Shown: in pieces, positions 1 to 15,630 of the stretch
Layout: each line of letters begins with the position of its first letter
How positions within the stretch are numbered: the stretch's first letter is position 1
Assembly (NCBI GenBank): GCA_963693365.1
Contig: CAVNZM010000002.1
Location: forward strand, 5,720,259-5,784,258
Length of the DNA: 64,000 nt
Direction: 5' to 3'
Origin: Amoebidium appalachense
Lineage: Eukaryota > Protista > Ichthyosporea
Notes under the pieces: model-generated
Database searches by the model: none
The model's input: only the letters and a program-made list of their open reading frames with translations
What the model was told of the DNA's origin: nothing
Translations under genes and position numbers: made by a program

Positions 1-258
1 TAACGTAGTGTGTGTATGTGTGCACGGCACGCGCGCGCGAGCAACTGCCCGTGTGGGCGGTGTGTGACTTTGTGTGCGTGGGGGGGGGGGGGGGGGGGGG
101 GGGGGTTAGCTGGGTGAGTATGCATGGCCTGTTTGCAAGTGCATGCCACGTGAGCACACGCGTAGGCGTGTCACGTGCATGCACTTGCATGCCTGTATCC
201 ACGTGCATGCCTCCTGTGTGCAGGTGCATGCATGTGTGTATGTGTGTGCCTGGCCTAC

Positions 259-504
259 CAGCTGCTCTCTCTGGCTGAACTTGAGCTGCTTCCTCAGGAA
301 GTCGATGATGGCCTGGAACTGCTCTGCGGCTGTGATCTTGAACTTGTTCTGCTTCATGATCGGCGCATTCCCCACCGCACGGAACCGCACAATAACTGCA
401 AAAAACCCCTCAGTCTGCCACCCAGCCAGCCACCACCAACACATGGTTCCAATCAAGCCCCCATATCCTCTCCACCCCCCCCCCTCGCCCCCCTCCTCCC
501 TCCC

Positions 505-543
<39 letters not shown>

Positions 544-710
544 CCCCCCACCAAAAAAAAACAAAAACAAAAAAGACACAAACAAAAACACCTCGGCCAC
601 ATCTCGAACAAGCAGTAACCGTGCCTCCAGGCACTATTCCTCTGTCTTATTTGTTTGCTGCATAACTTAAAATCCCCTGCCGGTGGTCCTGTATTGTCCT
701 ACCACTGCCC

Positions 711-758
<48 letters not shown>

Positions 759-1503
759 CCAAAAAAAAGGGGGGGGGGAGGGGGGGGGGGGGGGGGGGGA
801 GAGGGAAAGGAGAGGGGGCATAAAAAGAAAAAAAAAAGCCTCCCCGCCTGCACATGTGAGCACACACACACGAACACCCCCACCAACATCACCACCACCA
901 CTTGCACATACACAGATCTCCCAAAGAGCGTGCCATGTACATGCCTGCACACCCCACACCCACATACCACCCACACGCATCTGCATACCACCCACCCCTC
1001 CACCTACATACCATGCCAACCACATGCTTGCACACGTAGCCTCCCGACCCATTCCATATCATACCACACACACACGTATGTGTGCACACACTGGATACAC
1101 GCCACACCCCGACGACCAAGAGCAAGCATGCCAGCAGGCAAGCAGCGCCGAACATAGAACATGTGTGCATTGCACCACCCACCCACCGTTATACCAGCCA
1201 ACAGAGACTCAGGCACACGGACTGCCCCCAGGGGCACATGTGCACACATACACACACACACACCCATACACCGAGGCACCAACACCCGTACACGTGCACA
1301 CACACACAAAACATCTTCCCCCCCCCCCTCCCACCCCCCAATTCCCCTTAAAAAAAAAGAACACACATACCCTTGTCCTCGGGGGACACCTTCTTCTTTG
1401 GCTGTGCCGGTGGTCTAGTGATTGTTGCTGTGGTGCTCATGCTGCTGGTGGTCGTGTCCAGGGGTGCCGGCTGGCCCACGGCCTTGCCCTCTGAATCCCC
1501 CAT
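259..1503 (-). CDS. ATG12: Ubiquitin-like autophagy protein ATG12 (3' end lies left of the window)
   Basis: Exons 1503-1371 (MGDSEGKAVGQ...KKKVSPEDK, low-complexity N-terminus) and 395-259 (VIVRFRAVGNAPIMKQNKFKITAAEQFQAIIDFLRKQLKFSQREQL) join in phase 1 across a GT..AG intron. The second exon is the recognisable ATG12 core (VxFxAVGxAPI...F..IIDFLRKQL). Donor gtaggc at 258. Confidence 0.93.
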
Positions 1504-1850
1504 CCTGTGCTGCAAAGTCAGAATCAAATCCACAGGCCTCAAAGAATAAACTCTCCCCCCCTCCCCCCCCCCCCCACACCCCCCCCCCTCCCTCCTCCCA
1601 ACCCAGTCCCACACACACAAAAAGGAGACAACGTGAAGACAATGCCACAGCTCGAGGTGGCTGTTTGAAATGTGTTGAAACCAGAGCGACACATGGCCAC
1701 AGACGGGGGTGGGGCCGGGGGGGGGGGGGGGGGGGAGGGGGGGGGAGAAGGGGGGAGGGGGAGCCTGTTTAAATATACGGACATAAACAACACGACAGAC
1801 ACGGTAAGGAGAAAACCCCTCCCCCCCCCCTCCCCCCTCCCCCCCCCCCC

Positions 1851-1896
<46 letters not shown>

Positions 1897-2325
1897 CACG
1901 CACAAGGGGGAAAAAAAACAAAAAAAAAAAAAAACCTTGAGTATGCAGCACAGCACATGCATAGTTCGTGCTCAAAGGGGACGCAAGCAAGCCGAGGTAG
2001 CCAATTTTCGATCAATTCATCTCGCCTGCAACACCCAACACCACATTGCTTTACTCTACGCAGATTGTCCTCCATCTTAAACAGAAACAGAGTTACCTTT
2101 GCGCGCAGACAGCCAAAACACTAAACAGTGAACAGTTTGCAACCGTGCAGGCGCGCGGGGGGAGGGAGGCGGGTGGGTTATGCAAACTCGCCCTAACGTT
2201 TATAAAACATAAACATGGTTAAAGCCGCCCCCCCTCCCCCCCTTCGTAGAATGTACTTCTTCTTTTCTCTTATCTGTGCTCTCACCACGCGCGCGGGCGC
2301 TGCCACACTACACACACACGCACAC

Positions 2326-2407
<82 letters not shown>

Positions 2408-3469
2408 CCGCAAAATCGATCATACAGCCACGACACACAACACACAGAGACACGCACACACACCCGCACACACCACAACCACATACGCACGTGCGGCCAC
2501 GCACACAAACACTCGTGCAAGCGCGCATACCGCCACACACACCAAAAACTCACGTGGGGTACCCAAACACAAGTATGTATATACCAAAGCAGCATAAACA
2601 GCTGCACGTACCACACAGACAGTCATGTGTGTACACAATAGCGCACACACACAAGAATACAAAGGGCACGGGGAGAGCGGAAGAGTATGTGTGAGGGGTT
2701 GAAAACAGAAAGAACAAGCACAAACAAGAGGCACATAGCTCTTAAAATACGCAAAAGGTACGGTGCTTGAATGCACACAAAACCAAACAGGGACACACGG
2801 ATATGCCAGGCGTAGATGTTCCCAGATTTGCACATGCATGTATGCTTCTGGAGCATCCACATGCACACGAGCACAGCTGAACACAGACACGCGTGAAAGC
2901 CGCGGTCCACACCCGCACACATACACAGAGAGGCGAAAATACCTATGCATAGCAACACACACCGACAACCCAAACACTGGCCGTCAGTTGCCCCCACCCA
3001 CTGTTTCATAGCGTACAAGCACACCCAGGTGATGCCAACAAGTACACAACAGCAAAAACAGCAGATAACTCGTACACAGGTGGAGGAAGCGAACAATTAG
3101 CACGTGCAACACATCCACGCTGGCAAGCCCACTCCGGCGCACACACCTACCTCGTCTGCTTGGGCCTCTACACCTCCCTTCGTAGAGTCTCTCCTATTGA
3201 GGCGGATTAGCCTGTGCCTGCCTGCTGCGCCAAGACAAATAACCTACCGCACACAGGCACGTACGCGTCAGTCTCTCTATGCACACTACGGGTATAGGTT
3301 AGCTCTCTTTGTTTGTGTGGTGGTGCGCTGATCAACGCATATGGCTGTACCTACAAAACAAAAACAGTTGATCAATGATGTGAAGTGCTTTGAGCGAGAG
3401 CTGTCACTGAGTCAGTCCGTCACTCTTGTGAGCCTGGGTAACTTGAGAGGCAGAAGCCTGTGGCTCACC

Positions 3470-3660
3470 GGTAACATTTGAGGCATGATTATGTCATGCT
3501 GACGTCACAGATGACGGGTACATAAAGGCCGGGCTAGCGCTGCCAGTGGCGACAAAAACAAAAAATTTCGAACACACAACTTGAACACAGAACCTTGCAT
3601 GAACTGGGAAATCACTTTACACTATCATAATACCACTTCGGGGAATAAATAACAGGGTTA
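3470..3660. promoter_or_regulatory. Putative bidirectional promoter between ATG12 and CHMP5, with a CRE/ATF palindrome TGACGTCA at 3500-3507
   Basis: Repeat-free island between divergent genes. Minus-strand donor-like sites (gtgagc 3468, gtaggt ~3150, gtaact ~2096) lead toward ATG12; a plus-strand 5'UTR intron (gtattg ~3669 ... tgcag ~3765) leads toward CHMP5. The transcription start sites are inferred. Confidence 0.5.
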
Positions 3661-3778
3661 GCAGCCAGGTATTGTCTTTCAGGACAGACCGTACAACACC
3701 AGCAGATACCAGCTAAATAGTGCCTAGCAGTGTAGACTCGCAGCGTAGCCCAAGGCTGTGTGCAGGTCAGACAGCAAC

Positions 3779-3922
3779 ATGAACCGCATATTTGGACGCT
3801 CAAAGGCAGAGCCGGCCCCCAGCTTGTCTGATGCTATCCAGAACGTAAGTGTGTGTGGAGGAGGGGAGGAAGGTGGCAGAGGAGGGTGGAGGAAGGGCCG
3901 GGGAGGTTGGGGAAGGGGGGAT

Positions 3923-3955
<33 letters not shown>

Positions 3956-4246
3956 AGTTGTGGGTGTGCGACGTGTTGTGTCCCTGTTTTTAAGTGTGTG
4001 GCAGGATGGGCCGAGCACCTTGTACCTGCAATAGTGTGCGCATGCGTGTGAAACGAAAGTGGTGTGTGTCCACGAATTGTTCAGTGAGTATAGTTGTGTG
4101 TGTGTGCTGGTTGTGTGAGTTTGCTTGCGTGGGCATTAAAACACGCACACACGCTGGCCCACACGTTTATGTTCGTTTTAGTAGCTAGGCTGTGTCCGCA
4201 TGGATGTAGTAATTGTGCGCATGGATGTAATAGGGTTTGATCTCTC

Positions 4247-4299
<53 letters not shown>

Positions 4300-4330
4300 G
4301 TGTGTGTGTGTGTGTGCATGTGTGTCTGTT

Positions 4331-4361
<31 letters not shown>

Positions 4362-4891
4362 CGCGCGCGCGCGTAGGGTTGAGGCCACGCTGCTCACGTT
4401 TTCTTGCTGCAGACGGACGCGCGTTCAGACACCATCAACAAAAAAATAGCAGCGCTTGATGATGAGTTGCGGAAGTACAAAGAACAGATGAGCAAGATGA
4501 GGGACGGGCCGGGCAAGGTGTGTGCATGCTTGCGTGTGTGTGTGTGTGTTGAGGACTTGGAGGGGGGGAAACGGGTGGATACGAGATGTAGCTATCTAAG
4601 GCTCCGGGGGGAGAGGGGGGGGGGGGGGGAGGAGTTGTGATATGCTCTTAGATGAGGTGAAGGTGTCACAGGTGGATAGAAGGAAAGGAGGCAAAGGTGG
4701 GGAGGGGGGGGGGGGGGGGGGGGGAGGGGAGGGGGGTGGTTCAAGGTGAAAGTTAACCCGGGCAAAAGGGGGAGTGGGAAGACGAATGATTTTTTTTGGT
4801 GGCGGGACGGGGGAGTGTTGGGCAGTTTTTGCTGTTGTGTGTGTGGTTGGCAGTGCGTGGCGTGGGGGGATGGAGGGGAAGAACCGGTAGG

Positions 4892-4923
<32 letters not shown>

Positions 4924-5369
4924 AGGGGGGGGGGGGGAGGGGGGGGGGGGGGGGGGGGGAGGAATGACAAAGCGAGAGGTTGGCCAGATTAATGTGAAGT
5001 GGTGATGGGGTCGCGGGTCGGGGGGAGAGGGGGGCGGCCAAACAGGGCAACGTTTAGGGAAGAATTTTGGAAGTTGGTATGTGTGCACGTTCAGGGTGTA
5101 CGGTTGAGGCCTGTGCCTTGACGTGTGTGTGTCTCTGTGTGGGCCTGGCTGGGTGTGCTTGTGGTGTGGGTGGGAGATGCCCGTGCCCTTTTTTATGTTG
5201 CACTGGATAGGTCGGGGGAGCGGGGTTGGGGGGGAGGGAGCGAGACAGAAAAGTCTCTTTTTTGAAAGTATGTTTTGGACCTTCTATGTATGAGGTGAAG
5301 GCATAAAGCAGGCAAGGGAACGGGGGAAGCTGAAGGAGGAGGAGGGGGCTGGGAGGGGGGCGAGGGGGA

Positions 5370-5400
<31 letters not shown>

Positions 5401-5725
5401 GTCATGGAGCAATTATGCTGGAGCATATGCTGGTGCTCGGGGTTGCTAACGTGTGTGGGGGGGCCAGAATGCAATCAAGCAGCGGGCCATGCGGGTGCTC
5501 AAGCAGAAAAAAATGTACAGCCCCTTTACCTCCCCCCCCCTCCCCCCCCCCCCAAAAAAAAAAAAAAATCATCATGGCCCCAGCGACCCACTGCTCTGGC
5601 CTCTTTCTGTCTGCTGCATAAGTGGTGCTGATGGTGGGGTGAATGTGTGATGTGATTGGCGAGATATCTGGCATACGGGGTGGGCTGCATGCATCCGGCC
5701 GATAACTAACATGAGGGAGGGGGGA

Positions 5726-5767
<42 letters not shown>

Positions 5768-8022
5768 GCCTGATAACTTGCATGAATTGGGTGTGAGGGT
5801 ATGTGTGTGTGTGTGGGAGGGGGTGCATGCATGCCAGATGTTGACTAGCATATAGGGGGAAGGGGGGGGGGGGGGGGGGGGGGGGGCACGGATGCTGACG
5901 GGGGGTTACTGGACATGCGGATTATCGGGTTATTAATGCACTATCAAGAATGCTGATTGGGGGAATGTCATGCATGCTGATTGGTGGGATATCATGCATG
6001 CAGGTACGAGGGGCAGCGGGACCAGCTGAGCCAGCAGGCATTCAACATGGAGCAGGCGCACTTTGCCACCCAGAGCATGAAGGACGCCACAACCACGGTA
6101 CGTGCACAAACATAGGTTGGGGTACATGCACGTACAGATAGATTAGGGGACGTGCACACACATGCCAGTGTGTGTGTGGGTGTGTGCGTGCATGCGTATG
6201 TGTATGTAGGCGAGTGCGTGCCCTTTTTTTTGTTGTTGTTTTTTTTTTTTTTTCGGCAGTGGGGAATTAGATGTGCAGGCAGTGGGGAATTAGATGTGCA
6301 GGCAGATAGATAACCGATAGTCCTGGGTGGGGTTTTGACGGGGGGTGGGTGCAGGTTGCAGCGATGAAGGCGGGGGTCAAGGACATGAAGAAGGCATACA
6401 AGACCGTCAACATCAACGAGATAGACGTACGTGCTGCAGTACACATGCACGGGCAGGCACATGCAGGCACATGCACAGTACATACACTGCATGCACATGC
6501 AGGTGCAGGTGCACTCGCGGTACTGCATGCACATGCAGGCACATGGCCAATTCCTATGCATGCAGGCACATATACTTGCAGGCACACACCCGTTGCACAC
6601 ACATGCAGGCACATGCATACGCAAGGACATGCACAGTGCACACGTGCAGGCACATGCACTTGCAGGCACACGTACAGTGCGCAGTGTAGTGCACACACGC
6701 AGAAACATACCAGGACAGGCACATGCAGGGTACACACTCAGGCAGGGACATGCACATCACACACATACGAGCACACCAGGGCACATGCTCATAAAATGCA
6801 CATTCACGGTGCACACACACATGCAGGCACATACACCAAGATAATGCACATGTGAATGCATGCACACACCTGCAGATCGACCCAGCGCCCAGGAGATACA
6901 GCTCAATGCAAGAACACCTCCACATGCACAGTTCAGGCACACAGGCACAGTACGAATTCTTGCGCAGGCACATGCACAGGCACTCTAGGAGGCACGGGCA
7001 CATGCAAGCGCATGCAGGCTCACACAGATGTGTGGGCACATATGCAGGCAAACACAAAAGCACATGCGGAGGCACATGCACAGACAGCAGCATGCATGCA
7101 CGGGCACGGGCACAGGCAGAGGCAGATGCACTGGCCTTTAGAGACATGCAGGCATGTTGGGGCACCACGAATCATGCATATAAGCACACACACACACACA
7201 CACACAGGCATAGAGGCCACACATGCATGCGCGAACACACACACCAGCCAGGTACACACAACCATCGCACACATGCTTGCACACACACAGGCACAGGCAG
7301 GCACGAACATGTGCATAGAGCACACACACACGTGTTCTGACACCACACACATGAGTGCAGAGCCTGCAGGACGACATGGAGGACATGCTGGACCTGACCA
7401 ATGAGATCAACGAGGCACTGGGCCGCAGCTACGGCCTGGGCGATGAGATCTCCGACGCAGACCTGGATGCTGAGGTGCGTAGGGGGGGGGGGGGGGGGGG
7501 GAAGGAGAAGGGGGGGAAGGGGGGGGGGGGGGGGGGGGGGTGGAAATGCGCACGACAACGGTTGTCGGTGGCTGTGGATGAAAACACTACGGGGGTAAAC
7601 GGGTTTGGGGTGAAAGGGTGGGGGGAGGGGGTGGCTGCGTAGGGCGATGCTCGAGGCGGGGGGAGAGGGGAGGGGGGGGGGGGGGGAGGGAGGAAAGGGG
7701 AGAGGGGGGGGGGGAGGAGGAGGGGAGGAGGGGAGGAAGGGGAAGGGGGGGTTAGTGAGCGTGTGAGCAGGAGGCCGGTGCTAGGCATAGAGTACATGAT
7801 ATCGTGGGATTGTGCGGTAGGTGCAGGCAAGCAAAGGGGCAGGGTGCTGACTGTTTGTTGCAGTTGGAGGCGCTTGGGGACGATCTGTTTGAGGCCGATG
7901 CATCGTATCTGGACGAGGCCACGGCCATGCCCAGCGCCCCCACAACAGAGCCGACACAGGCAGCGGGGGCTAAGGTCAAGCTCGATGAGTTCGGCCTGCC
8001 AGTGGTCCCAAATGCCATATAG
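3779..8022 (+). CDS. CHMP5: ESCRT-III subunit CHMP5/Vps60 (Snf7 family), 7 coding exons
   Basis: Exons 3779-3844, 4413-4517, 5468-5514, 6004-6097, 6355-6426, 7361-7474 and 7864-8022, all GT-AG and phase-consistent: MNRIFGRSK...[58 protein letters not shown]...[10 protein letters not shown]...KLDEFGLP. These are CHMP5 hallmarks. Confidence 0.97.
6427..7360 (+). repeat. Degenerate GCACATGCAG-type minisatellite filling CHMP5 intron 5
   Basis: Dozens of imperfect gcacatgcag/gcacacacag units across the whole intron. Confidence 0.8.
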
Positions 8023-8649
8023 GGTGTGTGCGTTATAGTGCGTGCATGTGCATTATAGTGGGTGTGAATGTTGTGTAGTGTGTAGTGTGTGGGGTGGGGG
8101 GGGGTGGGGGGGGGGGGGGGGGGGGGGGGGGAGTGGGGGGGATGTGCGTGTGCATGGGTGTTTGTTTGTTTGTTTTTTGTTTTTTTGTTTTTTTTTTTTG
8201 GGGGGGGGGGGGAGGGAGGGGGAGGGGGGGGGGGGGGGGGGGGGGGGATGTGCGTGTGTATGGGTGTTTTTTTTTGTTTTTTGTTTTTTTTTGGGGGGGG
8301 GGATAGGATGTGTTGTCAGTGCAGAGAAATAAGGTGCCATGTGTGTGTGTCTGTTGCATCTGATCTAAATACCCATGACATGGATCACAGACGTACAAAT
8401 CTGGTTTGCTGGACAGACATCAAATAGATATGAATGTAGGCTGCAAGTTTTAAAGGCAATCCGAATCGAGCGTGACCCGACCCAGTAATCACAGCTCTAG
8501 CAATATATATACGGGTTGTATTCACAACTGTTTGTTGGGGAACATCCGTGAGATAGTCTCGGTGCATAGAGTGTTTTTTTGTATTTCACTGCCAGCCGCA
8601 GTGCGGCATGACTGCTAAAAAAAAAACACGATCACTGAAGCAGCAGCTG

Positions 8650-8690
<41 letters not shown>

Positions 8691-10600
8691 CCTCCCCCTC
8701 CCCCCCCCCCCCCTCCATCCCTCCCTCCCCAAGGTGACTTAGCCCCGGGCCCCCCCGTGAGGATGGGCTCTGTTTATAATTCCGTAAGCACTCTGCAACA
8801 CACTCTTACTTGCCTCACTCCCTCTCTCCACAACACACACACACACACACACACACACCAAACCTATGAAGATCTGTCATCTTGCACAACACGAAAACTG
8901 TTTGTGCTATATCAATCATTATCATCCCCCGTGCACCTCTCATGCTTCCTCCGGATCCACACCGACGACACCAAGACAGGGCCCTCACCCTTTCCATCCC
9001 TCTTGACTTTTCTCCCCTCCCCCCCCCCCCCCCTTTCCCCCTCTGCCCCCGTGCGTGTGCACGTGCGCCTCCTCAGTCTGAGGTAGGTGTGGATTGCTAC
9101 CTTCGATCCTCCCATGGTAGCCGCACCCAGTTTGCCCCTCCTACAGCGACCACCTTTACTCGGTCACCCCCCACCCCCCCCCCCCCCCCCCTCGATCTCA
9201 AACCCCGCTCCCCCACCCACTCTAGATCTTTCAATGCCCAACATGATAACCCCCTCCCCCCTCCTCCCCCCTCCTCCCCTCCCTCTGGGCTCCTCCCCCC
9301 CCCCCCCCCCTCCCCCCCCCTTCCCCTTGTGGCCATGCATATAATTTGTCACAAGTTATCGATACATTGCAGTAAGTACACAGTCAGCCCTTACCCTCCT
9401 AACTGTACCATCTCTGGCCGAGCCCAAACTACACATTCAAAATCCATGCACATGCACGGAATACCTAGAACTTGTGGGGAGAGGCCGAGGAATTCAGGGG
9501 AGCTCCGGCGGTTATGTTTCAAACCGGGTGGGTGGGTGGGTGGGTGGGTGGATGGGGGGGGGGGGGGGGGGGGGGGGGGGGAACCCGGGTCTACAGCCTC
9601 TGTAGGCCTGCACTGCCTGACTGTCATACACAACACCGCAATGAAAAAGCAAATGCTATGAAGGTAAGGATCAGATACCATATGAGAGAAAAACAGGTGT
9701 GCATGGATATGTGCGGGCACGTGTGTATGTGTGTGCATGTGTGGCATCGCCGCTTGGGATAGGATGCAGCCGTAGAGGTTGAAACGCACCACCTGCCCAC
9801 TCGCGCATTGCCGGCTTGACACACAAATTTATGAACTTCATTTTTCATAAAAGGAAAAGATGTGTACAAAGTCTTGTATCCTCAGTGCACCCGGCACTCG
9901 GGTAAACAAACATCATGCGAAAACACAATCGGAGGTTGAATATTCCAGGTCACCAACTTTAACAAGAATAATATTGAATGAGAGTATGATAAAAATGACA
10001 CTCAATTTTAACTACTTCCTGATCGTGCTCAACAGCATAACAAAAAGAACATAAAATGAGGTGATGTATGATAAAAATGACACAGTGTTTCCAAATATTT
10101 CTTAATTGTAACCATCTGCTAATTCAGACATCCAAGGTCTAAGTTCATATTCGTGCGCCCCGGTGTGTACACATAAATCTTCGTGCCTGCAAATGGTAGC
10201 GACTGTGTAGGTAAAAAAGTATTTCACATCAAGAACCGTCCACACACCATCAACCGAATTCATACACAAACAACTCATTGTAAGAAAGGGGTTTTTCAAA
10301 ACTTTGGATCAAGAACAGAGAACATTTTGCCAAAGAGTACCCCCCAGCTACGAAAAAAAAGAAAAAAAGGAAGGAAGAAAGAAAACAAATAGCACACAAA
10401 GTCCGTTTATATGAAAGCAAAGCGCGCGCGGGTGCCTGTGTGTGTGTGCCAGTGTGTACATGTGTGTGCTTGGTGTGCGCATGCGTGCACGGCATGTGTG
10501 CACGTGTTATCACCCCCCTCCTCCCCCTCCCCCCCCCCCCCCCCCCCCACACACACACACCCACCCACCCTACCCCCCTACACACACACACAAATGCCTC

Positions 10601-13990
<3,390 letters not shown>

Positions 13991-14335
13991 CTAAGAAGGG
14001 AAAAGGCAGTTGACACGTGCAGGGTCAATTAGTAAAAATCTAAATTTTCAAAATAGAATTTCAAAATGTTCCTGTGGCGGCACCGGGCAAGTGTCTGGGT
14101 GCATTTGAAGTGGACATCAAGACGGACATTTTGAGGTGTCCATTTCCGAAATATCTCTATTCTATGGGGAGCGACGACCCCTCGGATCGGGGTGATTTTG
14201 GGATCTGAAATTGGAGGGCTTCAGAGTTCCGGCACCATCATGTGACCTTCAACAAGAAACTGAAGCGACCGTGTGCTGACAGTCTGACGGCCGGAGAAGG
14301 CTTTGTTTAAATTTAGCTTTTGGCTGGTTAGTCGG

Positions 14336-14370
14336 TGACGTCAGAATGACCGCAGTGTATTTGCCAATCA
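14336..14370. promoter_or_regulatory. CRE (TGACGTCA, 14336-14343) plus CCAAT box upstream of the orphan locus
   Basis: Both motifs are visible about 350 bp upstream of the first exon-like block, in repeat-free DNA. Confidence 0.35.
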
Positions 14371-14939
14371 CATTCAAATGAGAATGAATAGTGGGCAAAT
14401 ATTACAGACACACACACAAGCACGCACACACACCTCTCCGGAGCTCCAGCAACCAAAATAAATGAAACGGAAAAACGAAAAGGAACAAAAAACAGGGCAA
14501 TATTAGGAACACGTTTGCATGATATAATATGTTCTCAAACAAGTCCGCTCTCTGCTCTTAGCGCAGGCCTAGCTCTGCATGAGACTGCATCATGCAGGCC
14601 GCGCAGTGCGCATTCGTAAAACCTTTGCCTCCCTCTAAAGCTACGTTCCTATTCGCAGAACTAGCCACATGCTTCGATCCTATTTGTACATTATCATACT
14701 CGTTTGGACCCGTCTTTGTCTCTGTTTGAGTCACTGTTCGTCACCGTTCACTCAGCACACACGGCACAAATTGCAAGTTGCGTAATCCTGGTCTGATTGG
14801 TTCAATGTGTGTGATAAAATTCTCCCCAAAACCGTGGGAATTTGAGCCATGTATGGAATCATTTGTATTCCCAAAAAAGAACCTAGGAAGCTGTATATTA
14901 GACACATAATATTAGATTTTCAATTTATTCGGGCTTTTT

Positions 14940-14995
14940 CTATATACCCACGGCCATCTAGAAACTCGAGTTTCTAGATGGCCGTGCTATATACC
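14940..14995. mobile_element. 38-bp perfect palindrome flanked by a 9-bp direct repeat (micro-MITE or transposon footprint)
   Basis: ctatatacc|CACGGCCATCTAGAAACTC.GAGTTTCTAGATGGCCGTG|ctatatacc; palindrome 14949-14986. Confidence 0.8.
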
Positions 14996-15354
14996 CTAAG
15001 ACTCATAAGTTGTGAGTCACAACACAAGCGTTCAGCTGCAGGTGGCTCGGAGTCATTTTCCAAATCCCGACTCACTCTTTATTGGCAAAACATCATGCAT
15101 CACAGAATGCCGCCCAGTTTGGATGTGTGAGCAAGAGCGAGTTCAGTGAACGGTGCACCAGAGACACCTCCGTGAGCCACCGACTGGATTAAAATTCGCC
15201 AAACATTTTCAATCGGTCATATGGATCCGACCTTATCCATCGATTATGGCGGTGTTCCCATACACTAAGCCTAGACATCCTTAGCGCAGAATACGCAGAA
15301 TGAAAAAAAAAGGCGTTTTGGCTCGTACTTCATGTCTTGGGGTCCCCAACACCG

Positions 15355-15396
<42 letters not shown>

Positions 15397-15590
15397 CAGC
15401 TGCTGCTGCTAGCTGCGGCCCTGAGGCCCGTGGACATCATACTCTAGGCTACTGCAGTGAAATGCAAAACTTTCTAGATTTGGAACGGATCACCCAAGAA
15501 AAAAAAGCACACAAAAAAAAAAAAAAAAAAAAAAAAAAAGCAACTTTCACACTTCAGTATACGATAGCCCCATGCCCTATAGAGTCCCAG

Positions 15591-15630
<40 letters not shown>

